NCBI RefSeq assembly: GCF_009834535.1
Contig: NC_045705.1
Span: forward strand, 37,510,001 to 37,574,000
Direction: 5' to 3'
DNA: 64,000 nt
Origin: Camelus ferus
Taxonomy: Eukaryota
Shown: positions 26,101 through 36,175 of the stretch, in pieces
Numbering within the stretch: the stretch's first letter is position 1
Layout of the letters: the number at the start of each line of letters is the position of its first letter
Program-made: the position numbers and the translations under genes
The notes under the pieces: model-generated
The model's database searches: none
Seen by the model: the letters and a program-made list of their open reading frames with translations, nothing else
What the model was told of the DNA's origin: nothing

Positions 26101-26769
26101 AGAAAGTCTTCTGTATGCTGAAAAGTAGTATGCACATGTAAGGATTTATTAACTGTAAAGTATTATGATAAACACCAAAGTTACATTTTATAGATGGTGT
26201 TACACTGAGGGTCCAGGCATCTGTCTCCTCCCCAAACACTAATCCCATTTGTAGTACATAATTGCACAATTTGGAAAGAAAAATGTTATGAAAATCCCAG
26301 GCGGTTCCAATTCACCTTCATAAGTTATTTCTACAATTGCTACAGAAAGTGAATTGTTAATGTGTGTACTACAAATAATTACATAAATAATGACTGTGCC
26401 AAAGAAACCATCAACAATTACCCATGTACATTTTATAACAGTCAATTCCAAGTACAAAATGTTTGGCAACTTAAAGGAAAAAAGTTAAACTTGTTTATTT
26501 TCTATCAAGAAGGTTAAGTAGAAAGGAAGCAATTCAGACATATGTGAGCAGCCGGGCTCCCTGGCACTTGAAATCCCCCAACAGCTGGCGGAGGGAGCCT
26601 ACTGTTAGGGGTGCATCAGGGCCAGAGGGGATGAGAAGAAAAGGAACGGGCAAGAGAAGGCATTGCAGATGTTTTCTTGGAGATTTGTTCAATTTTGCTG
26701 TCAAAAACTTTTCCAATTAAGATCAGAACCTCTTCAATGCCAGAGATAACATTTTCGAAGACCTATTTC

Positions 26770-26960
26770 ATGTTGGAAATTTTCTATGGGATTATCTTAT
26801 TTAATCTCCACTAATTGTGAAGATCGTACTATGATTCCCATTTTATAATTGAATAAACTAAATTCAGGAGGTTTAGGTGATTAAATTAAGGTAAATAATA
26901 GGATCAGGATAAAAATCTGTGTCTGTCTGACCCTGGAGCCTGCGTTCTTTGTAGCAGTCC
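26770..26960 (-). mobile_element. MIR
   Basis: cttatttaatctcc...attcccattttata...gtctgtctgaccctggagcc. Confidence 0.65.
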
Positions 26961-27239
26961 ACTCTCTTCATGCACGTGCAGAAGAGTCCAAGGACACCTT
27001 ACCAAATAGATAAGGCTTCCACACTTCCTGTCATAGATCTTCATGGCAACCAGAACACATTATATTTTACATGAAATTTTCGAAATTAGACCATGTGACC
27101 ATCAAAGTGACAATTTCATATAGTTCAAATAAACGTTGTGTACCAAACAATTCAGCTTCTATGCTCCAAACTAAAATGTATCCTCTCCTCTTTCAACACC
27201 CAGTCACACCTCAATCTTTTATTCTATTCTTTTTTTTTT

Positions 27240-27815
27240 TCCTGTGCATATATCTTTTAGAATTAGTGTTCTCATTTCTTCAGATAAATATCCAGGAAGG
27301 GAATTGCTAGACCATATGACAGTTCTATTTTTAATTTTGGGGGAGTCTCCATACTGTTTTCCATAGTGGCTGGAGCAATTTACATTCTCACGAACAGTGC
27401 ATGAAGGTTCCTTTCTCCACATTCTCATCACTTTTTATTTGTTTTTCTCCACATCCATCATCACTTTTTATTTGTTGTCTCTAAGATAACAGCCAAGTTG
27501 ATAAGTGTGAGGTGATAGCTTATTGTGATTTTGATTTGCATTTCCCTGATGATTAGTGCTGTAGAGCATCTTTTCATGTGCCTGTTTGCCATCTGTAGGT
27601 CTTCTTTGGAAAAATATCTACTCAGATCCTCTGCCCATTTTTTAATTAAGTTGTTTGGGTTTTTTTGATGTGGGGTTGTATGAGTTCTTTGTATATTTTG
27701 GATATTAACCCCTTATCAGATATATCATTTGCAAATATCTTCTCCCATTCAATAGGCAGATTTTTCATTTTGTTGATAGTTTCCCTCACTATGCAAAAGA
27801 GCTTTTTAGTTTGGT
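27240..27815 (-). mobile_element. L1 fragment (3' part of ORF2)
   Basis: gttctatttttaatttt...gatttgcatttccctgatgattag...gatattaaccccttatcagat. Confidence 0.9.
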
Positions 27816-28775
27816 GGAGAGATCAGACAAGCTAAAACTGAAAAAGTCCATCACCATGAAACCAGCTTTCCAAGAAATGTTAAAGGAACCTCGTTAAGTG
27901 GAACAGAAAAGGCCAAAACTTGAGATATAAAAATTATGAAAGAAAAAAATCTCATTGGTAAAGACAAATATTCAGTAAAGGTAGCAAAGCAACCACTCAT
28001 AAAGCTAGTAATAAGATTAAAAGACAAAAGTAGTAAAATCATCACTATCTACAATAAGTAGTGGGATACATACAATAAAAAGATGTAATATATGAACATA
28101 TAAACAGCAAAATGCTGAGGAGGGAAGTAAAAATGCAGGACTGTTAGAATACTTTGAACTTAAGAGATCAGCAACTTCAAATAACAAAATATATGTATAT
28201 ATACACACATATATGTATATGTATTATATAGACTGCTGTATATAAAACTTCTGATAACCACAAACCAAAAATCTGTAATAGATACACACACAAAAAGAGA
28301 AAGAAGTACAAACATAACACTAAAAACAGTTATCAAATCACAGGGGAAAAGAACAAAAGAAAAAAGGAAGAACAACAAAAAGAAATACAAAACAATTAAC
28401 AAAACAGCAATGCGTACATACCGATAAATAAGTACTTTAAATGTAGATGCACTAAGCACTCCAATCAAAAGACACAGAGTGGGCTACTGCTAGGGCTTAG
28501 CAATAACATCCTTTGCCTCAGACCCCAGACTCTCGTCTTCTGACAGCACCTGGGACACTGCAGCAGGCTAACCTCTTAACTGGCTGGGGAGAGGGGGTAA
28601 AATCTCAGACTCTTAATAAAAAAGTCTTTGATAGTTATTTTAGGAAAAAGAAAAAAGACATACAGTGGGTGAACGGATACAAACATAAGAACCATATACA
28701 TACTGCCTACAGGAAGCTCACTTTGGATCTAAAGACACACACACGCAGACTGAAAGTGAGGGATGAAAAAAGGCA
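27816..28775 (+). mobile_element. L1 fragment (ORF1 end, inter-ORF, ORF2 start), interrupted by an insertion
   Basis: caagaaatgttaaagga...ccaatcaaaagacacagagtgg / gaacggatac...tgcctacaggaagctcac...ctaaagacacac...gactgaaagtgagggatg. Confidence 0.85.
28484..28652 (+). pseudogene. 5'-truncated retroposed mRNA 3' end nested in L1 ORF2
   Basis: Non-L1 sequence; AATAAA at 28615-28620; A-rich tail about 25 nt later; 17-bp TSD aaaagacacagagtggg / aaaagacatacagtggg (15/17) at 28467-28483 and 28653-28669. Confidence 0.75.
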
Positions 28776-29154
28776 ATCATCTTTATTCATTGTTGAAACT
28801 CTGGAGGCATCAATTTCAGATCACACTTTTGAACCTGTCTGTCATTATTAATTGTTCACATACTTACTTGTCAGTGATGACTCAATAATTTAATCCATTT
28901 TCAATTTTAAGAGCAATGATTAAATCGCCAGCACCTTAATGTTACAGAGGTGTACAATTACCTGCTACTTACCCTGTGTGTAATAGACGCTTGGCATCCT
29001 AGTTCACTTAATTTTTAAAATAGTACTATATATGCCACATTATTCAACCAGGTTAGCTACGGGATGAGGCTTAAAAAAAAGGCAAGTGTCTTAGTCAAAA
29101 CCATATAGTGAGCTTGGAGGCAATAAATTTGATTTATTTACTGAAATAAATAAA

Positions 29155-30072
29155 GTTACTGAATCTGAAAACCTATCAGTTTTGAGTGGGGCCCAAAACA
29201 AGAAAAGGCTCTGCAACAGGTCCAAGTTTCACTGCAGGCTACCCTGCCCCTTGGGCTGTATGATACAGCAGATCCAGCAGTGCTGGCAGTATGCACGGAG
29301 GTGGAAATGCCTCACACGCTGGCAGGCCCCAGCAGCAGAACTACATCGCATACTTGCAAGATTCTGACCAGAGCTACAGCATTCTCTGCAGACAACTATT
29401 TTACCTGTGAGTAACAGTGTCCAGCTTCGTGATGGACCTTCATATAGACTGAATGCTTGAGAATGAGCCACTAAGTTACCATGCAACCTGGCTTGCCCAT
29501 CATGAATTGGGTACTATCTGATCCACAAACCTATAAAGTTGAACATGCTGAACATTCCATCATCAAAAGTAAATTCTATAGACAAGACTGGGCTCAGGCA
29601 CATTCTGAAGATACACGAGCAAGTGTCATGGACACCCACAGCTTGCATTCCTGTTATATTACCTCCTTCCTCTGCACCTATACCTGTGACCTCTTGGGGA
29701 GTTTTCTACAGCCACTTTGCTGAGGAATAAACAAAAATCAGGTCTAATTTACAGACAGTTCTGAAAAATATAATGATACTGACTAAAAGTGAATGGCTAT
29801 GGTACAAGCTCTGTCGCCCACCACATTCTGGGGAAACCCAAAAAGACAGGGGTAGACAAAAATTTTCCTAATAGGCAGAAATTCAATCAGAATTCTGGTT
29901 GTTCACTTTGCCAGGGGTGTGGGTATATTCCTGGGCAATGACTAACGCTTTGGCTGGATGGTCAGGTGCTTGAAAGAGACATACTTAGGAAATTGGTGAC
30001 AAGAAGGCAGAGCTATGTGGACAGACTTCTCTAAATGGATTCAGAGCACATGCACATGCCATGTGAATATTG
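29155..30072 (+). mobile_element. ERVL pol relic (RT connection to RNase H), frameshifted, no LTRs
   Basis: ttttgagtggggccc (FEWGP), EKALQQVQ-like, PGLPIMNWVLSDP...HSIIK and gctggatggtcagg...aaattggtgacaagaa (AGWSG...IGDKE) match ERVL pol. Confidence 0.9.
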
Positions 30073-30354
30073 ACTGGTTGGCATGGACATTATAGCATAT
30101 TAAAATTCTTGCAACTTTGTTATACTTGTTCAGTCACATATTTAATGTCTGCTATATGTGACTTACTTGCTAAATGCCTCTTGTTGGTACCTACCACACA
30201 TTCTTACAGGAAAATAATAATCAATTAAAAGTAAGAAACTTAAAGAATGAATTATTTATGAATGGTAGAGGTACCTACAAGCCCAGAGTCTGCAATTTAC
30301 TCCCTTTGACATCTCTGCAGTCGACTCTGTGTAACCAAAACATATACAATACCT

Positions 30355-30550
30355 ACACTTAATCCTTCTCAGCTAGGTGACTTGGGGCAGTGCTCTAAGT
30401 CTCAGTTTTCTGGTCCATGTAATGGCATAGTAATATTGATCTCTTGTAATATATCATGAAAACTGCATGTGAAAATGTTGCGAAATCCCGACTGACATAC
30501 TGCTTGCTGCACACTAAGTACTCAGTAAATGGTAGCAGCAGCTATAATTA
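30355..30550 (+). mobile_element. MIR
   Basis: ctaggtgacttggggcag...tctcagtttt...taagtactcagtaaatggtagc. Confidence 0.7.
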
Positions 30551-32282
30551 TTTTATAAGACATCACGTTTACAAATTAAATGCTGTCATAATTTGTTAAC
30601 TTCGGACAAGAAAACACTCTAATTATATACAAACTTTTAAAAAAGTCTATCATAAATAAAAATAGAAAGTGATAAATTGCTGCTGGAAACTGTGCCAGAT
30701 AAGTTTCACACATTTTTCAGAATGATTGCCTCTTTCTACCCAACATGCAAACAAAGGAAATCTGTTTTCCGAATGTTTTGTCACCTTCCCCACATCCTTA
30801 GCAGTGCCTTATTTACCTGTTTTCTAATGACTTCCTGCTGCTTTTTTCATCAGGTTGTCTCTTCTGGAACAGAACATATGTACTACAGGCCCTAATTAAA
30901 GCTAACGAAAAAGTACCTCTTGCTTCTTGTTTAATCCAACCTGCCAGCCATCCAGAGAAATAACCTTGCAAAGGCAGACTTGGCTGCAGCTCAGCCACCT
31001 TGCTGAAACGGGACATGGTACCCACATCAAATGTGAGCCCCAAATCATACGGGATGAGAATGAAGAATGACACAATCTCACACATAACAAATTATGCTTC
31101 TTAAGAGCAAAAAGACAGTGAGGAAGCATTTAGGAAAGCCATAGAAAAAATGTTCCATAGGAATGGGGAACACTAAAAGAAAGAAAATGGGTAACTTCCT
31201 GTTAAGTCATTTTCCACCCCTCAGCCCTCCACACAGCTATCAAATTAAGTTCAACTTGAAGGGAGATTATTTCATTATGATTGATGTCCTATTTTACCAA
31301 GGAATGGGTTAAAATGGTTGACATGGCTTTTCTGACCCTTGCTTAGGCTCTAAGAGATTTGATTTTGAGTTGGGGCTTGGACACACTCGACATGTTCTTT
31401 TTCTAACTCATAACAACTTTTTATCCAGTTGGGTCCCCATCAGAACCAACCCTGAGATGCAGATGGAGTGAATCACTTGGTCTGCACCACTTGGCCCCCC
31501 TCAAATCCAGCCATCCTAGTCTTATCTGTCCTTGGTAGGTCTGAGCAGGGGGTGGTTTCTACCTCTCCACGGGCATGTGTCCTTGCCCTTAATTCTCTGC
31601 CACAGTATTTTATTCTTCTTTACTCTTTTCTCAAGTCTTCTCCCTAAAATCAGAGCAATTCCCTGTGGCAGGATAGCAAAGGTATTTCCCTGGCTGGTGC
31701 ATGCCCTTTGTCATGGAGGGTGGAGGGAAAGAGGATGAGGGCTGGATCCAGCTGGGCCTGCACTCCCCTCTGGCTGCCTTTGTTCTTGTCTATGTGTTTC
31801 TGAGAAACACCCGATTTTTTTAGTCTCCATACTATCTTATGAGTTTTTGCTTTGGTTTAAGACACCGTTATATAACATGCTACAACGGTTGGAGATTAAG
31901 TGATAAAATATAAAAGTGTATAGTGCCTGTAATGCCTGATGTATAGTAGGCACATAACATAGATTTTTCCTTCGTCTCAAATTTTATTTAATTATGTGAT
32001 ATGGAAATCCTATCATTCATCTATCTTCCAACTTTACCACTGGTCATAACTTCTTAAAGGGCAAGGACCAAATTCCTCATTTCTGTTCAGCTACTCATGA
32101 TACTTGGTTCCAACAGACTCAGGCCCTGCTGCTCAAAGGCTGTGAGTCTCCTGCTCTGGTCTCATCCTTTCACACTGAATAAAAGGCAGTGTCATAGCCT
32201 CTCAGAACAATATCAGAGAGCATTTCTTTGAAGTCAGAAAATTCCTAAGTCATTGTGCTCCTTTGAGGGGCTCCTCTGTTAT

Positions 32283-33110
32283 TATTATTATAATTGATAT
32301 GCAATGTTATATTAGTTTCAGGTATACAACATAGTTTTTTGATATTTTTATACATCATAAAATGATCATCACTGCAATAAGACCAGTTAACATCCATCAC
32401 CATAGAAAGTTGTTACAATATTATTAATTACATTCCTTAAGTGTACATGACTTATTTATCTTATAGCTGGAAGTTTATACCTCGTTCCCTTACACCTGTT
32501 TTGTCCATCCCCACTGTCTGCTTTGGCAACCATCAGTTTGTTCTCTGTGTCTAAGTATCTGTTTTTTTGTTTTGTTTTAGGACTATTGGCAAAAAGACAA
32601 AAAACGGCAAGTGTTGATGAGGATGCGGAGAAAAGGGGATGGCTCGTGCACTGTTGGTGGGAATGTAAATTGGTGCAGCAACTATGGAAAACAATATGGA
32701 AGTTCCTTACAAAACAAAAATAGAACCACCATATGATTCAGCAATTCCATGTATGGATATTTATCCAAAGAAAACATAAACACTGATTCAAAAAAAACTA
32801 TNNNNNNNNNNNNNNNNNNNNNNNNNNNNNNNNNNNNNNNNNNNNNNNNNNNNNNNNNNNNNNNNNNNNNNNNNNNNNNNNNNNNNNNNNNNNNNNNNNN
32901 NNNNNNNNNNNNNNNNNNNNNNNNNNNNNNNNNNNNNNNNNNNNNNNNNNNNNNNNNNNNNNNNNNNNNNNNNNNNNNNNNNNNNNNNCATTTGTGGCAA
33001 TAGGAATGGACCTGGTGGGTATTATGCCAAGTTAACTGCCAGAGAAAAACAAATATTGTATGATTTTACTTCTATAAGAAATCAAAAAAAAAACCAATGA
33101 CCAAACAAAA
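32283..33110 (-). mobile_element. L1 (L1MA9/10-like) with inverted 5' segment
   Basis: 3' UTR on minus strand at 32283-32580 joined to the immediately upstream L1 segment on plus strand at 32581-33110; N-run 32802-32988 inside. Confidence 0.8.
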
Positions 33111-33809
33111 GAGAAGAGGTCTACTTTTTGCTTAGAATAAAACTCATCTCCCTGGCATCTTATAAAAGTCTCTTAATTATCTGGTTCTCATTGACCTCTT
33201 TCTGTTCATCTTCAGTCTGTCCCCAAGACTCTGAGCCACTCATATCCACCACAACCTTTCATCTACATCTGGCCTTGCTTCTCACTGCATCACCCTTCCC
33301 ATCCTCCCTAAGGCCTACTCAATTCTCAAGACTCAGAGCACAGATTCCCACCTCTCAGAAGCCTTTCCTTATCGATTCAGGCCATAAGTACTTTCTTGCT
33401 CTGCAGTTTTAAAGCCAGGCCTCATTCTAGCCCAGAACTATGCTTGCCAGAGAGTCATTACTCCCTAAGTTTCTTAAATTACTGAATAATATTTATCTCA
33501 ATGGATTATCATGACCTCACTCTTTCTGCTTAGCCATTAAAAACCCCTTAAGAACAGAAGATGATGTTCCAACGTAGAATCAAACTTGTCACATAATGGG
33601 CAGTCAGTACCTGTCTGCTGAGCAAACTAGACAGATAGCTACATAGATATTTAAATTTCCCTTATACACAGTTGTATGGATAGGTAGGTAAAAAGGGCAG
33701 AGCTACACAAGGTGATATACACATGAACTGGGTTATCTTTATACGAAAGGCCACAACTTTAATTTTATTAATTAATTAAATTAATTTTATTAATTTTATT
33801 TAATTTATG

Positions 33810-33960
33810 TTAAGAGCTATACATGCATTATCTTATGTAGTCATTATTACAACTCTATGAAGTAAGTATTATTATTACTCTCATCTTAAAGGTAAGGAAA
33901 CTGATCTTAGAAGGTCTGGGGTTATCAATGTTACAACCCTAGAGGCTGATAGAGTTGGGG
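33810..33960 (-). mobile_element. MIR
   Basis: acaactctatgaagtaagtattattatt...aaggaaactga. Confidence 0.7.
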
Positions 33961-34419
33961 AAACAATCAGGTTTCTAGCAAGTCAAAGACGACGCTATCA
34001 ATGATCTGCTATACATCCAACAATGCCCCTCTGCATGGTAACCTCTTTCCAGACTACCACTTGTACAGTAACAATATTAATGCTCTAAAAGAATACCTTA
34101 ACAGCTTAGAACAAATGATTGAAACATTCCTGGGGAGAACTTTAAGCTTCAGGGAACTTGAGGTCATTAATTGGAGTTTGATTATTCTGTCAAACATCTG
34201 GTACAATGCACACAAACACAGCGGGGCAAGGGTTGCAGCATGGTCAAACACAGATTGTGCACAATCAGAATGCTGTGCATTGTGATGCTTTGAAAAGGTG
34301 AGAACAGAGGATGCCTGACATATGTCATCACTGTGATAACTTTACGATGTGGGGGCATTAAATTTCATGGATTAACAAATTAGCTCATTCGGTTGTGTTA
34401 AGATAATTTTTTTGAAATT

Positions 34420-34950
34420 TAATGTCTGTCTTGTTCTAGTTGCTGTTGGAATAAGAAATAAAGTTCTCTCATTTCCCGATCTTACCCCAGTGACTCTCTA
34501 GTTTCTTTTATCAGGGTAGGGGTAGAATGGCAATTAATATCTTGTGTTTCACTGGGTACCCCAAAAGCCACATTTCCCAGGCCCCACATGGCCCAGACCT
34601 TTGTTTAGCTGGAATGGTGGCTGGCAATATGAGAAGGACAGGGTTGCCACTCAACCAGTGGGGTGAGGGTTGCCTCTCCATAACCTGGGAACACTGAGTG
34701 TCATGGGTTCCCAGAGATGCTCTCTGGGCATCCCTCATGTGTATCAACCAAGCAAGCAGAAACCTGGGGCACACAGATTCCATAGGTGTTTTTGGAGACT
34801 GGAACCCAACAGGTATCCCTGTGTTTACCATATGAGAGTGGAACAGCACATCTTTCAATGGCTTGTGTGAGCCAGTGAGCCCAAGTAGTGGCATCTATGA
34901 TTAACTTGAAATCAATGTGTACTTCTTTATTTATTCTAAACTGTAAGAGC
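34420..34950. mobile_element. Possible old ERVL-class LTR
   Basis: GC-richer block with LTR-like texture; family not recognised. Confidence 0.3.
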
Positions 34951-35974
34951 ACAGGAGTTTCTGAATGATCTTTGGGAAGAATTCCTTGACCCTTCCCTTA
35001 TCCTTGAATAACTTGGGTTAGATTTCCAAGCAACTCTAGAATAGGGAAATGACTTCTTGCGTCATTGGCTATAGGGCATAAATAAAGAAACTAGTCATTT
35101 CCTGCAACATGAGTGTCTTGATACACAGTTATATTCATTATACACTTACTGAACAAGCCTACATTAATTACCAAAATGTATTAGGAATTCTGTAACACAC
35201 AGGGGTAAAATCATGATGAAAGCAAAGCTTCTAATTTTAAAGGGCCCAGTGTACTGGCAAGACAAAGATAACTGGCCAGCACAAGATAGCACAAAATACT
35301 CAAGACTACAGTAAGTATTTGCAAGCAGTTTTAAAGAATAATAAAAGAGAGACTGCTGATTTGAACTTTCAGGATCAGGGAAGGCTTCCAGGGGCGGTAG
35401 GGGAAGGGGGAGAAAGAAAAGAACAGCTAAGCAGAGCTCTAGAAGGAGGCAATGCAAGGTTGAGCAGGTCAACAAAAGTTGAGGAGTATGAGCTAAGAAC
35501 AATTAAATAGCTTGCACATCTTAAAAATGGCAGCGTTGCAGTCCAAAGTCTATGCGATTTCTATGAATGCCCCCTGTTAGAAGGACTTCGTCTAATGAAA
35601 ACAGTAACAGATCAACCAAACAAAAAGCAAAGAAAAGCAGATGTCAACTGCTAAGGCCAACATAGAACTCCTTGTTGAGGCCCCACCTGAAGTCCAGTCT
35701 CAAGAAAACAGTTGAGTGGGCCAGATGTGCACAGCTAGCCAGCTATCTTCCTGGTAAATAATTTTCATTAGAGTTGACAGCAATCAAATACTGGTAAGAT
35801 CTGAGGCTCAGAGACTCTCTTTCCCCCTTTAATTCCAGGACATGAAACAGAGCTGCATGAATCTCCAGGCTAGAGAGGAAATGCTACTTCCTCTCTGGAT
35901 GGATCCCTGCTGATGTGATACAGTGACTAGAGATGCTAAAACAAAAAAGGACGTGTTAAAGTCCTTCGTCTTAC

Positions 35975-36175
35975 CATATGTATTAGACAAAGCACATAGG
36001 AATTGCATACACAAGAGGATAAGAAGTGCTGTGCGATGGCAGAAGCAGCAGCAAGAGCAGCAGCCGGAGACAGCTGTGGTGCAGCCACCATGAATCTGCA
36101 TGAGTTGTAATTTTATTAGATGGATGGCCCTATTGGATTAATCATAGCAACTGGTGGGAGACAATATTTGCATAG
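35975..36175 (-). promoter_or_regulatory. Candidate core promoter and first exon
   Basis: On minus strand: octamer ATGCAAAT 36173-36166, CCAAT 36136-36132, TAATAAAA 36118-36111, Inr-like TTCAT near 36091, donor ATG/GTAAGA at 35975; lies in a repeat-free island. Confidence 0.45.

Noticed and set aside
26236-26475. Cys/Asn-rich plus-strand frames loosely reminiscent of RNase A-family proteins
   Set aside because: Interrupted by stops, catalytic motif absent; the resemblance is only compositional
29182-29730. ORFs as a possible domesticated retroviral gene
   Set aside because: ERVL pol homology is split by many frameshifts and stops
34001-34297. 94-aa ORF with exon-like borders
   Set aside because: All frames stop before the donor and no homolog is recognised
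35973-36101. Reading MQIHGGCTTAVSGCCSCCCFCHRTALLILLCMQFLCAL as NKAIN-like or a known signal peptide
   Set aside because: Only superficial similarity; its ATG lies upstream of the predicted TSS; no matching downstream exons found, so no gene symbol given
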